NCBI GenBank assembly: GCA_034439715.1
Contig: JAWXAY010000072.1
Coordinates: forward strand, 1 to 49,579
Origin: Pseudomonadota bacterium
GTDB lineage: Bacteria > Bdellovibrionota > Bdellovibrionia > Bdellovibrionales > SG-bin7
Direction: 5' to 3'
Length of the DNA stretch: 49,579 bases
The notes below the pieces were generated by a model. It did no database searches and was not told the origin of the DNA. It saw only the letters and a list, made by a program, of their open reading frames with translations. The translations under genes and the position numbers were made by a program. Position 1 is the stretch's first letter; every line of letters begins with the position of its first letter. Below are positions 21,092 to 30,255 of this stretch, in pieces.

Positions 21092-21107
21092 AGCAAAGAG
21101 ATTGCCA
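21092..21107 (-). promoter_or_regulatory. Sigma54-type -24/-12 promoter upstream of the HUH transposase
   Basis: Minus strand TGGCAATCTCTTTGCT, with GG and GC at the canonical 12-nt offset. Confidence 0.5.
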
Positions 21108-21137
21108 GCAAAAACAAATTGAGAAAGTGACTGGCGC

Positions 21138-21602
21138 TCAAAGTCTTCTATGGCGAGTAACTTCAAATCCATTCAAGTTGAAGTATGGCTTTAATGCGAT
21201 TTGTCCAGGAACAGATTCATAGGGACCGATTAAGGATGGATCTCGCTTTTGAAAGACCAATTCGTTGCCTATAATAACAAAACTGTGTTCGATTATTAGA
21301 CCAAACGGATACCCTTGTCTCTCTTTTTGAAGTTCTTCAATTCGAATGCTGCCTACTGGTAACAAGTCAGAGCTTCGACTCCAGATTACTGCGACATCAC
21401 CGGCTTGCTGAGGCAAGCTTACTTTTATCTGGGTAAAATGAAATTTGATGTAAGTAAGAAACTCCTCGGGGCCTACAAAATGTAAATCAGCGGTATCGTT
21501 CCAATAGAGTTGAATAGCGTTAAAGCAGTTTGCTCGGTTTGCGACAAGTAGATCAGGAAGGGGAACCGGTAACCTAAGTAAATTTTGGATCAATTCTCTC
21601 AC
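21138..21602 (-). CDS. Hypothetical protein, possible NlpC/P60-like Cys-His fold
   Basis: 154-aa ORF co-oriented downstream of cheA; ANCFN...GDVAVIW...EHSFVIIGNELVFQK pattern. Confidence 0.6.
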   Translation of the reverse strand: MRELIQNLLRLPVPLPDLLVANRANCFNAIQLYWNDTADLHFVGPEEFLTYIKFHFTQIKVSLPQQAGDVAVIWSRSSDLLPVGSIRIEELQKERQGYPFGLIIEHSFVIIGNELVFQKRDPSLIGPYESVPGQIALKPYFNLNGFEVTRHRRL

Positions 21603-21657
21603 TATTTTTAGAAATACATATTTATCTGGAGCTTGTCCAGAAACGAATTGTTAAAAT

Positions 21658-22812
21658 CTAAATCTCTAGAGTCTTGGTAACTCCACTGGGATTAATAATC
21701 ATGCCGACTTGACCATCGGCAAAAATTGTAGCGCCCATATAGATTTGCGAAATATCGCTGATTTGATCGAGTGTTTTTACGACAGTATCTTCTATGCCAA
21801 GAACGGCATCTACGGTAATGCCGTAAGGTCTGTGCATGCCCTGGATAATTACAATCGTCGAAGATGACTTGAATTCAAAGGACTCTTTGGGTTTGTTTTC
21901 AAGAATATTTAGCAAATCAAATAATGGAAAGGTCTGCGACTTCATGCGCAGCGTAGTTTTGCCAGAGACTGTTTCCACGGCATTACTATTTAGAAGCTCT
22001 TGTTCGGTAGCCGAAAGCACTTGGATTATATGTTCCTGTGGAATGGCATAGGCGCAGCCGTCGCGACTGACCACAAGGGATCGAAAGATCACTACAGATT
22101 TGGGTAAAGGGAGATTCAAAGTGAATTTAGTTCCCTTTCCAATCTCAGATTCTACATCTATACGGCCTTGAATCTGAATTATTGAACTGTAAACCATGTC
22201 GAGCCCGATACCCCTTCCCGAAACATCAGTCACTTTTGATGACGTACTTACGCCCGACTTAAAAATCATATTGACCAGTTCTTTTTTATCAAATTTTGCC
22301 GCTTCAGTTTCTGTAAAAATACCTTTTTCTACAATGGCCTTTCTTAGTTTTTCAGGGTCAATGCCTCGGCCATCATCTTTAATTTCGATAAAAATTCTGT
22401 CTTCGTCTTCGTAAGCTTCAACCAAAAGAGAGCCTTTTGCAAATTTTCCTGCCGCTTTTCGCTCTTCTGCTGTTTCAAGTCCGTGGTCAATCGAGTTACG
22501 CACAATGTGAACCAGAGAGCTAGAGATAGGTTCGATCAAGGTGTCGTCGACGTTTATTTTTTCTCCTTCAATTATTAGCTCGACTGGCTTACTGAGACGA
22601 TCAGAAAGCGTTCTGACATCTCGGCGAACCTGAACAAAAGTTTCGGCCAGGGATACTTTTTTTAGATTATTCATTTTACTCTGCATGTCCTGCTGGTACT
22701 TAAAAAATTGCTCAAACAGTTTAGCAAGCTGTTCCATATTTTTACTGCGACTCGAATTCTGAGAGATTTCAATTTTAATAAACTTATCTATCATGTTCTT
22801 GGTGATGGTCAT
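21658..22812 (-). CDS. cheA: CheA C-terminal part (dimerisation, HATPase, CheW-like domain); frame open upstream to about 22992
   Basis: LVHIVRNSIDHG, IKDDGRGID, GVSTSSKVTDVSGRGIGLDMV, GKGTKFTLNLPL, GATIFADG. In-frame upstream sequence reads WLKVPRSHIEEFLKLNGE, a CheA dimerisation-helix pattern. Confidence 0.9.
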   Translation of the reverse strand: MTITKNMIDKFIKIEISQNSSRSKNMEQLAKLFEQFFKYQQDMQSKMNNLKKVSLAETFVQVRRDVRTLSDRLSKPVELIIEGEKINVDDTLIEPISSSLVHIVRNSIDHGLETAEERKAAGKFAKGSLLVEAYEDEDRIFIEIKDDGRGIDPEKLRKAIVEKGIFTETEAAKFDKKELVNMIFKSGVSTSSKVTDVSGRGIGLDMVYSSIIQIQGRIDVESEIGKGTKFTLNLPLPKSVVIFRSLVVSRDGCAYAIPQEHIIQVLSATEQELLNSNAVETVSGKTTLRMKSQTFPLFDLLNILENKPKESFEFKSSSTIVIIQGMHRPYGITVDAVLGIEDTVVKTLDQISDISQIYMGATIFADGQVGMIINPSGVTKTLEI

Positions 22813-22859
22813 TTCACCATTGAGTTTTAAAAATTCTTCAATATGTGAGCGAGGAACCT

Positions 22860-23744
22860 TTAGCCAGTCTCTTGCTTTTTGAGTGGCGTGCTGTTTTCGG
22901 ACTTTCGCGAGTTCTGCTGATCCTTTTCTTCGGAGGTAGATTCTAAATCGAGCTTTGTAAAAATAGCTGTGAGCTGATCTAGATCCAGATTTTTATCTTC
23001 ATTGGTACTCAAGGCATTCATGATTTCCCAGATAACATCTTTGGCCTGAAGCAGTACCGTAATGACAGATTTATTAACGTTTACTTTATAGTTTTTGACG
23101 TCATCTAGGGCATCTTCGCAACGATGGCAAAAGTCACTTAGCAGTTGCGATCTCAGAAAGCTGCTGCTGCCTTTGATAGTATGAATAATACCAAATATTC
23201 TCTGTAAGCTGTCTTTGTCAGAGGTATTGTTTTCGAGATTGAGAATAAGATTTTCCATGTCTTCTAGCATAGTGGTAAATTTATCGAAACTTTCAACCAA
23301 TGCTTCACGCTCAAGATTTATTTCTTCAATGCGAAGAGAGGCCACATCCTGCACAAGTTGAAGAAGTTCGTTTTTAGTATAGGGTTTGTGGAGAAGGGGA
23401 CAGGACTCCTTATCACCCAACAGGTCTATGAAGTCCGCTGGAAAGCCTTGCGACGAGATGACAAAGGGCAACTGGCGCCAATTTTTAAGTACTGTCTTTC
23501 TAAATTCTATCGCATTACCCTTGGGGAGATTGAATTCCGCAATGACAAGTGCCGTATTGGACCATTCTTTTTCTAAGAACTTTAGGGCATCATCTTGGTC
23601 TGTGACACCGATGGCGGTATAGTCAGTACCGTTCATACCGGCATTAAATGCCAGCTGAGTCTTCTGGTCTGGATCTATGTTTAGTATATAGATCGCCTTT
23701 GACGTCTCAGTGGGCGTTATTACCTTTAATTTCTTTGCAGCCAT
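22860..23744 (-). CDS. CheA N-terminal part: atypical receiver + Hpt (P1) domain
   Basis: Receiver fold with Glu at the phospho-Asp position (LVIAEFNLP) and LHKP; Hpt motif IFGIIHTIKGSSSFL, HRCEDALD. Confidence 0.85.
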   Translation of the reverse strand: MAAKKLKVITPTETSKAIYILNIDPDQKTQLAFNAGMNGTDYTAIGVTDQDDALKFLEKEWSNTALVIAEFNLPKGNAIEFRKTVLKNWRQLPFVISSQGFPADFIDLLGDKESCPLLHKPYTKNELLQLVQDVASLRIEEINLEREALVESFDKFTTMLEDMENLILNLENNTSDKDSLQRIFGIIHTIKGSSSFLRSQLLSDFCHRCEDALDDVKNYKVNVNKSVITVLLQAKDVIWEIMNALSTNEDKNLDLDQLTAIFTKLDLESTSEEKDQQNSRKSENSTPLKKQETG

Positions 23745-23792
23745 TCACTTATTATAACGGCTTTTTTACTGAGAAATCTTAGGTCCTTAGGG

Positions 23793-24263
23793 CTAGGTTT
23801 TCGGAGGGGGGAACATATCTTTGAGCTTATCTTTTATGGCCGCCGACGTTAAAGGCTTTAGTAGGTACCCATTAGCCTTATTTTTCTTTGCTTCGATAAT
23901 AAACTCTTTTTGAGTTACTGCAGAAATTAAAATGAAAGGTAGGGTCTTAAATGTTTCGTGGGCTCGGATATTTTTTAGGAGTTCTAAACCATCCATCTCC
24001 GGCATCATAATGTCTGAAAACACAGCGACGATATTTTTATCATTTTTTTGAGTTAAGTAATCCCAGGCCTTTTTTCCATTTTCAAATTCACAAACACCAT
24101 AACCAAACTTTTTAAAATTTTGTACCAGAATATTACGATTAGGACGAGAGTCTTCGGCCACCAAAATGAACTTATCAGGCTCTTTTTCCTTTTCTGGCGT
24201 GTGGGGCTGGGACTCTAAAGCTTTTACTGAAGGACCTGGACTGACGGGCTTTTCTTCACTCAT
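23793..24263 (-). CDS. Single-domain response regulator (CheY-like)
   Basis: ILVAEDS, FSDIMMPEMDG, LISA, YLLKPL. Confidence 0.9.
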   Translation of the reverse strand: MSEEKPVSPGPSVKALESQPHTPEKEKEPDKFILVAEDSRPNRNILVQNFKKFGYGVCEFENGKKAWDYLTQKNDKNIVAVFSDIMMPEMDGLELLKNIRAHETFKTLPFILISAVTQKEFIIEAKKNKANGYLLKPLTSAAIKDKLKDMFPPPKT

Positions 24264-24333
24264 AGGTAGTTAAATACTAACCAACCCTATTGGCTTAGTA
24301 AAGATATATCCCATATTATCCGATCCGAAAACA

Positions 24334-25722
24334 ATGTCGGCAGAGCTTAAAATACAGACTAAGGCTTTGGTATGGGAATTGGGTTTGGATCACAAAACCA
24401 AATCTCTGATCAAAGTCATTGATAGAGTTAAGATGTTTTCGTTACCACAGAAGGCCGAATTGGTGCTCAATCTCAATCTTCCGCGGCCCGATATTGTTTT
24501 ATGTGGAACTGATTTATCCGAGGACATTCGCTCCGAACTCATACAGATTGTAGGATTAAAATATACTGGAACACCCATTTATTTCATTTCTCGCAATTAT
24601 AGTTCCTTTGAGCGTAGCCGAATTTTGTCGGAGGGTTTTACTGAAATTTTCTTGTTGCCGTATGAACATACGATATTTGAGGAAATTCTCAACGCCCATT
24701 TTTCTGCCCTTGACTTAGGTGCAAATAGGACTTTTGAATCCGTACGGGTCGCCGATCTTAATTCAGAAGCTGAACTTCAATTTGACATAAATATTTTCTT
24801 GCCCGCAAACAGAAAGTTCATATGTTTTGCCAAGAAGGGACAAAAACTGCAGGCACAAAAGATAGTTAAACTGAGAGAAAACACCAGTTCAGTGTATGTG
24901 TATACGGACGAGATAACGGCTTTTCACCGCTATGTGAAAGATGAAATCAAACGAAGTAAAAATTTTGACCCTCTAAGTATCACTGAGCGAAAGGCTCAGT
25001 TTTTGATAGCCATTAAAGAATTTTTTAGAGCGACGCTATACGAGTCGCGAAAAAATAATGGATCGCCGGAGCCTGTAAAAAAACTTTTACTGGCCTGTAA
25101 AAAACAAATTACTGATTATATTACTAATACCACTTTTGAGAACTGGTCTAAAAGGTTTATTGATAACTATGGTGATCAATATGATATGGCCTATTTACAC
25201 GCTTGTAATGTGGCTACCTACGCAGGATTTTTATCGGTGGGAACTAATATTGGAAATCCCGAGGATTTGGCGCTAGCGGGAATACTACATGATCTCGGCA
25301 TGGCTGCCTTGCCAGAAGAAATTTTAGAAAAAAAGTATGTAGAGATGAGTCCAGCAGAAAAAAGCGTGTACCACACTCATGTGCAGAAGGGGCTCAATGA
25401 GATAAACGCTAGGTGTGCAGAGGTGCCGGCCAACGTCATTAAAATGGTTTCACAACATCATGAACAATACGGCGGACAAGGATTTCCGTTGGGACTCTCA
25501 AGTAAAATTATGCCTGAAGCTCAACTATTAGCTCTGGCCGATCACTTAGATGAAATGACAAGTCACACGTCTGAAAGAGATGCTATGCACCCGCTATTGG
25601 CCATGAGAGCTATTGCCGAGCAGGAAGACTTAAAATCGATACTTAACAAAAAATATGACCCCCAAATTATCCAAAAAATTATGGATATCTTTGAAAGCAA
25701 TTTAGGAAAAAAAGCATCTTAA
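24334..25722 (+). CDS. HD-GYP-like phosphohydrolase with receiver-like N-terminus; HD intact
   Basis: YLHACNV, GILHDLG, QHHEQYGGQGFP, LALADHLD; paralogue of 9243-10682. Confidence 0.82.
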   Translation: MSAELKIQTKALVWELGLDHKTKSLIKVIDRVKMFSLPQKAELVLNLNLPRPDIVLCGTDLSEDIRSELIQIVGLKYTGTPIYFISRNYSSFERSRILSEGFTEIFLLPYEHTIFEEILNAHFSALDLGANRTFESVRVADLNSEAELQFDINIFLPANRKFICFAKKGQKLQAQKIVKLRENTSSVYVYTDEITAFHRYVKDEIKRSKNFDPLSITERKAQFLIAIKEFFRATLYESRKNNGSPEPVKKLLLACKKQITDYITNTTFENWSKRFIDNYGDQYDMAYLHACNVATYAGFLSVGTNIGNPEDLALAGILHDLGMAALPEEILEKKYVEMSPAEKSVYHTHVQKGLNEINARCAEVPANVIKMVSQHHEQYGGQGFPLGLSSKIMPEAQLLALADHLDEMTSHTSERDAMHPLLAMRAIAEQEDLKSILNKKYDPQIIQKIMDIFESNLGKKAS

Positions 25723-25754
25723 TTAGACAAACTAACTTTAGTTAATTTGTTAGA

Positions 25755-26333
25755 TTACTCTATTTGGGCGGCTTTCTTTTTACTGTCGACGTCGAATCTT
25801 CTAGATTTTACCTCTGTCTTGCAGATATCAACTTTTTCATTGAACTCATCTTGTCGTTTCATCAAGATATCTTTATAACGATTGAATCGTGATATTCTGT
25901 CTTTTAAAAATTCTTCTTGCAAACCAACAATTCGATCTTTGTCATCCAATCCAATATCAAATTTTTCTTCTTTATCGGTGACCCGATCGAGGGGCTCCAT
26001 CCAAATTAATTTTCCGTCGCCACCATTAGATTTTTCAGAGATTTGCATCTTGCAATCTTTTAGTACGCCATAAAGCCCTTGAGAACCAAATTTTCGGCTT
26101 CCATAGACACGGTCTTCTAGTTCATAAACAGAATATTGTAGTGCGCGAAGTTCCTCGGTCATCATGACTTTTTTTTGCACAACCATATTGCCGTCTTTTA
26201 CTCCTAGATTTTCGTTGGTGATCATCTCTGACTTCTCAAGAGTAGTATCAATTTTTTCAGCTTTGTGTTGATTGCTAGAGCAAGAGGTAATTAATAATAA
26301 AGCAGCGATTGTTAAAATTAAATTTCTAAACAT
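25755..26333 (-). CDS. Lipoprotein, hypothetical
   Basis: Lipobox-like ITSC after a hydrophobic leader; GGAGG SD; helical and charged. Confidence 0.75.
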   Translation of the reverse strand: MFRNLILTIAALLLITSCSSNQHKAEKIDTTLEKSEMITNENLGVKDGNMVVQKKVMMTEELRALQYSVYELEDRVYGSRKFGSQGLYGVLKDCKMQISEKSNGGDGKLIWMEPLDRVTDKEEKFDIGLDDKDRIVGLQEEFLKDRISRFNRYKDILMKRQDEFNEKVDICKTEVKSRRFDVDSKKKAAQIE

Positions 26334-26397
26334 TTTTCCTCCAAGGCAAACATTTGTAAAAGCCTATACAATTTATGGTGACCGGTCTACGGTATTT

Positions 26398-27678
26398 TTA
26401 GGCAACGACGGGGAGCAATATACTAAAGGAACTACTCTGATTCACTTTACTCTGGACCTGTATCTGAGCGCCGTGGGCCATTGCGATATGCTTAACGATT
26501 GCCAGGCCGAGGCCCGTTCCACCCACTTTTTTACTTCGAGCTTTATCAATTCGGTAAAAGCGTTCAAAAATTCGATCTAATTGTTCTGGAGGAATTCCAA
26601 TTCCTTGATCCGTAACCGATATTTTTATAAATCCATTTTCTCTCGTGCCGGCTACGAAAACTTCTTTGTTGGGTTCACTGTATTTAATGGCATTATCAAT
26701 AAGATTCACGAGAGCTTGTTCTAATAAAGGCGCATTGATATTGGCAATAAGACTGTCACTACATTCATGCTTAATGCGAATTCCCTGCGCTTTGGCGGCA
26801 CCTTCACACATTTGCGTGGCGGCTATTATAACAGGCCGGAGGTGTGTTAGATTTAACGCCACTTCATTTGTTTCCGTCTGCCTCTCAACTCTTGAAAGAG
26901 TTAAAAGGTCATCGATGAGCATACCGAGACGAAACGCATGATTATGAATGATATCCAAGAACCGCTTTCTCTTATCAAAAGGCAAATCAGGATGTTGTAT
27001 CAGCGTTTCGGCAAAACCTTGGATAGAAGTGAGAGGTGTGCGAAGTTCGTGCGAAACATTTGCCACGAAGTCTCTGCGAGTGTTTTCTAATTTTTTAACT
27101 TGGGAGACATCGCTGAATACAAAAATGAAGTCGTGATCACCAGAGTTCGTGTCTTTGAGTGGCCGCGCATGAATATGCAGATTTTTGACTTCGGAATCGA
27201 ACAGTTCAAGTTCACCTTCCCAGTCCGATTTTTTTTCAGCCGTTTTTTTTATAAAGTTGAGAATCTCTGCGCTTCGGATAATTCCTTGAGCGCTTTGATT
27301 TAAAGACTGAGTCTCAGAAATACCAAGAATCTTTTGAGCCGAAGTATTGAGGTATTTAATAGTTAAGCTAGATGTTACGACTAAAATTCCCTCACGCATA
27401 CTGGTAAAGATGGCGTCTTGGACACTCTTTTCCTTGAGTAAGTCGCCCAGCTGGCTGTCAAACTGTACCTTCAATTTTTTTTGCGAGTGAAATAGGAATG
27501 CCGTTTTACTTTCAACCCATCGTCCTCCCAAAAAAGCGACGAGCGCCATAATCATTGTTAGAATTATTCCTCTAGCATCGCCAAAAAAATCATGCTGCCA
27601 AAACCAAATTGAAAGGGAAGTGAGTAAGACTAAGATAAAGAAAAACACTAGAGGTAGTGAAAATTTTGTCATGATCAT
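26398..27678 (-). CDS. phoR: Sensor histidine kinase, PhoR-like (2 TM, PAS, HisKA, HATPase)
   Basis: RRDFVANVSHELRTPLTSIQG, NLIDNAIKYS, DQGIGI, FERFYRIDKARS, GGTGLGLAIVKH. Confidence 0.85.
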   Translation of the reverse strand: MIMTKFSLPLVFFFILVLLTSLSIWFWQHDFFGDARGIILTMIMALVAFLGGRWVESKTAFLFHSQKKLKVQFDSQLGDLLKEKSVQDAIFTSMREGILVVTSSLTIKYLNTSAQKILGISETQSLNQSAQGIIRSAEILNFIKKTAEKKSDWEGELELFDSEVKNLHIHARPLKDTNSGDHDFIFVFSDVSQVKKLENTRRDFVANVSHELRTPLTSIQGFAETLIQHPDLPFDKRKRFLDIIHNHAFRLGMLIDDLLTLSRVERQTETNEVALNLTHLRPVIIAATQMCEGAAKAQGIRIKHECSDSLIANINAPLLEQALVNLIDNAIKYSEPNKEVFVAGTRENGFIKISVTDQGIGIPPEQLDRIFERFYRIDKARSKKVGGTGLGLAIVKHIAMAHGAQIQVQSKVNQSSSFSILLPVVA

Positions 27679-27681
27679 TGC

Positions 27682-28377
27682 CTAAGAAAATTCTTTGATT
27701 CTATAGCCCACGCCACGAACTGTGTCCACGAGATTTCCACTTTCTCCCAGTTTCTTGCGAAGGCCTACAATGACAACATCTATAGAGCGTTCTGTCACAG
27801 CATAGTTGGTGCCCCTGATGGCATCGACAATTTGTCCGCGAGTGAATACCCAGCCGGGTTTTTGCGCTAAAAAATAAAGGAGCTGAAATTCGGAATTTGT
27901 GAGTTCCACTTTTTCGCCGCCCACAGAAACCTCTCGTCGGGCTGGGTTGATTACGATGTTTTGAAGACTTAGCGTTTTCTCTTGGTTGGGGATTGCAATC
28001 TGACTTCGCCGCAAGACATTTTTTACTCTTGCTACCAAGACCTGTGGACTAAAAGGTTTGGTGATATAGTCCTCAGCTCCCAACTCGAGACCACGAACAA
28101 TATCCGCTTCTTCGCCTTTGGCTGTAACCATGACGATACTGATGGCCTTGGTGTTACTATTGCCCTTTAAAATTTCACAGACCTTTAGTCCCTCAATTTT
28201 AGGAAGCATTAGATCCAGTAAAACTAGAGTTGGATTTCGGGAATGAATTGCCTGAAGGGCTAGGTCGCCAGAGCCAAAAGTTTCAACTTGATATCCTTGA
28301 TTGATGAGGTGAAAAGAAATTAAAGAGGCTATGTCCTCATCGTCCTCTACAACAAAAATAAGAGGTATAGCGTGCAT
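27682..28377 (-). CDS. phoB: OmpR-family response regulator, PhoB/PhoP-like
   Basis: VVEDD, LLDLMLP, TAKGEEAD, GAEDYITKPFS, TVRGVGYR; upstream of the phoR-like kinase. Confidence 0.8.
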   Translation of the reverse strand: MHAIPLIFVVEDDEDIASLISFHLINQGYQVETFGSGDLALQAIHSRNPTLVLLDLMLPKIEGLKVCEILKGNSNTKAISIVMVTAKGEEADIVRGLELGAEDYITKPFSPQVLVARVKNVLRRSQIAIPNQEKTLSLQNIVINPARREVSVGGEKVELTNSEFQLLYFLAQKPGWVFTRGQIVDAIRGTNYAVTERSIDVVIVGLRKKLGESGNLVDTVRGVGYRIKEFS

Positions 28378-28546
28378 AGCTTGGCCTCAATTGGTTTAAC
28401 AAGACACGACATTACTTCTCCGATTACTCCTCTGGCAACACTGCCCAACGCATTGCAAAAGCTAGATTTTAGTTTTTTTATACGAAATTTAGCGTAGCCT
28501 TCTAGAGGTAAACAATCATGGTGGTTGTGACAAAACAGGAGATTTT

Positions 28547-28828
28547 ATGCTTAAACTAATTGCAATGATATTTTTGGCTGGTGCATTAGCATCTTCGTAT
28601 TCACAATTTAGTTATGCCAACGAGCAAGACGTTGAGGAAATGGAAGACGAAGGTGGAGACTCCGATATTGATGTTACTCCTGCAGCTGAAACAAAACCTG
28701 ATGTTTCGACTGAAAAACCAGCGGCGATTGCGGCGCCAACTCCTAAGGCTTCTCCGGTAGCAAAAATCAAAGCCAAGGCAAAAAAAAGCGGAAAGAATAA
28801 AAAAATGGCGGCAAAAAAACAGCAATAA
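28547..28828 (+). CDS. Small secreted protein with acidic middle and Lys-rich tail
   Basis: AGGAG SD, signal peptide ending SYA, then EQDVEEMEDE and a K/A-rich C-terminus. Confidence 0.7.
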   Translation: MLKLIAMIFLAGALASSYSQFSYANEQDVEEMEDEGGDSDIDVTPAAETKPDVSTEKPAAIAAPTPKASPVAKIKAKAKKSGKNKKMAAKKQQ

Positions 28829-28968
28829 AGGGTTTTCATTTTTTATTCATAACCTTGGTCTAGGGAATTATTTTGCCAAATAGTCATTGGTTCTTGGGCT
28901 GAATTCGCTAATATGTAGAAATATATAGAAAAATATGCATATGTTTGGAAAATATTTAAGAGGTAAAA

Positions 28969-30255
28969 ATGGATAAGGCAAAACTCGAATACAAAGGTAA
29001 ATCCTATGAGCTTCCTGTTACCATTGGGACAGAGGGTGAAGCGGGAATTGACATCTCCAAATTACGGGGCGAATCAGGTTTGATTACGCTTGATAATGGT
29101 TATATGAACACGGGTGCCTGCGCATCGAAGATCACATATATAGATGGCGAAAAAGGCATTTTACGTTACCGCGGTTATGATGTTGCGGATCTGGCTGAAA
29201 AATCCACATTTATGGAAGTGTCCTATCTTTTAATTCATGGCGAGCTACCTAAGGCTAAGGAGTATCAGGATTTTCGACAAAAAATGCGCTACCATTCCCT
29301 CATTCACGAGGACATGAAAAACTTTTTTAATAACTACCCTGGGCAAGCTCACCCCATGGCGATTTTGTCTTCTATGGTTTGCTCGCTTTCTGCCTATTAT
29401 CCAGAATTTCTTCGCCCTGATCTTACCGAGGAAGATAAAGAAGGAACTATTACACGTATTTTGTCAAAAGTGCGAGTTCTTGCCGCTTTTGCCTTTAAGC
29501 GTTCTGTCGGTCAGCCATTTGTTTATCCCCGAAATGATCTCAATTATATTCAAAACTTTGTTCAGATGATGTTTGCCGTTCCTGCAGAGCCTTATGTTGT
29601 CGACCCAATGATAGAAAAAGCCATTGATTTATTATTTATTTTGCACGCGGATCACGAACAGAATTGCTCTACGTCCACAGTTCGACTAGTGGGTTCGTCA
29701 AAAGCCAACTTATTTGCCGCCATCTCAGCTGGAATTTGCGCTCTTTGGGGTCCTTTACATGGTGGGGCTAATCAAGAAGTCGTAGAGATGCTCGAGCACA
29801 TTCATGCCGATGGTGGCGGATATAAGAAATTTCTAGAGAAAGCCAAAGATAAGAACGACAATTTTAAATTGCCGGCATTTGGGCATAGGGTTTACAAAAA
29901 CTATGACCCACGCGCGCGAATTATTAAAAAATTGTGCGATGAACTCTTAAATAAATTAGGGATACATGACCCCATTTTAGATATCGCTAAAGGTATCGAA
30001 GAGGAGGCACTCAGAGACCCTTATTTTATCGAGCGCAAGCTTTATCCTAATGTGGATTTTTATTCAGGTATTATTTATCGCGCCATTGGCATCCCTACGA
30101 ATATGTTTACGGTGATGTTTGCCTTAGGGAGGCTGCCGGGATGGATCGCGCAATGGAAAGAAATGATTGAAGACCCTGGTATGAAGATCGGGCGTCCTCG
30201 ACAGATCTACATAGGCGCGACAAGCCGAGAACATATTCCGGTTGAGCGACGCTAG
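28969..30255 (+). CDS. gltA: Citrate synthase (type II)
   Basis: ITYIDGEKGILRYRGY, HADHEQNCST, GPLHGGAN, FGHRVYKNYDPRA, YPNVDFYSG. Confidence 0.98.
   Translation: MDKAKLEYKGKSYELPVTIGTEGEAGIDISKLRGESGLITLDNGYMNTGACASKITYIDGEKGILRYRGYDVADLAEKSTFMEVSYLLIHGELPKAKEYQDFRQKMRYHSLIHEDMKNFFNNYPGQAHPMAILSSMVCSLSAYYPEFLRPDLTEEDKEGTITRILSKVRVLAAFAFKRSVGQPFVYPRNDLNYIQNFVQMMFAVPAEPYVVDPMIEKAIDLLFILHADHEQNCSTSTVRLVGSSKANLFAAISAGICALWGPLHGGANQEVVEMLEHIHADGGGYKKFLEKAKDKNDNFKLPAFGHRVYKNYDPRARIIKKLCDELLNKLGIHDPILDIAKGIEEEALRDPYFIERKLYPNVDFYSGIIYRAIGIPTNMFTVMFALGRLPGWIAQWKEMIEDPGMKIGRPRQIYIGATSREHIPVERR

Larger units (their letters stand above)
21658..23744 (-). pseudogene. cheA: Hybrid cheA split by a -1 frame change (programmed frameshift, inactivating mutation, or assembly error)
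   Basis: The two frames overlap at 22860-22992. One extra A in the A5 run at 22876-22880 gives a single 695-aa REC-Hpt-dimer-HATPase-CheW ORF. Confidence 0.6.

Noticed and set aside
20452..21602. IS605-type tnpA+tnpB element
   Set aside because: The neighbouring 154-aa ORF has no RuvC or zinc-finger TnpB motifs, and no matching left/right-end hairpins were found
28378..28546. Pho box near the phoB-like gene
   Set aside because: Only a single TGTCAC half-site (minus strand), with no 11-nt-spaced direct repeat
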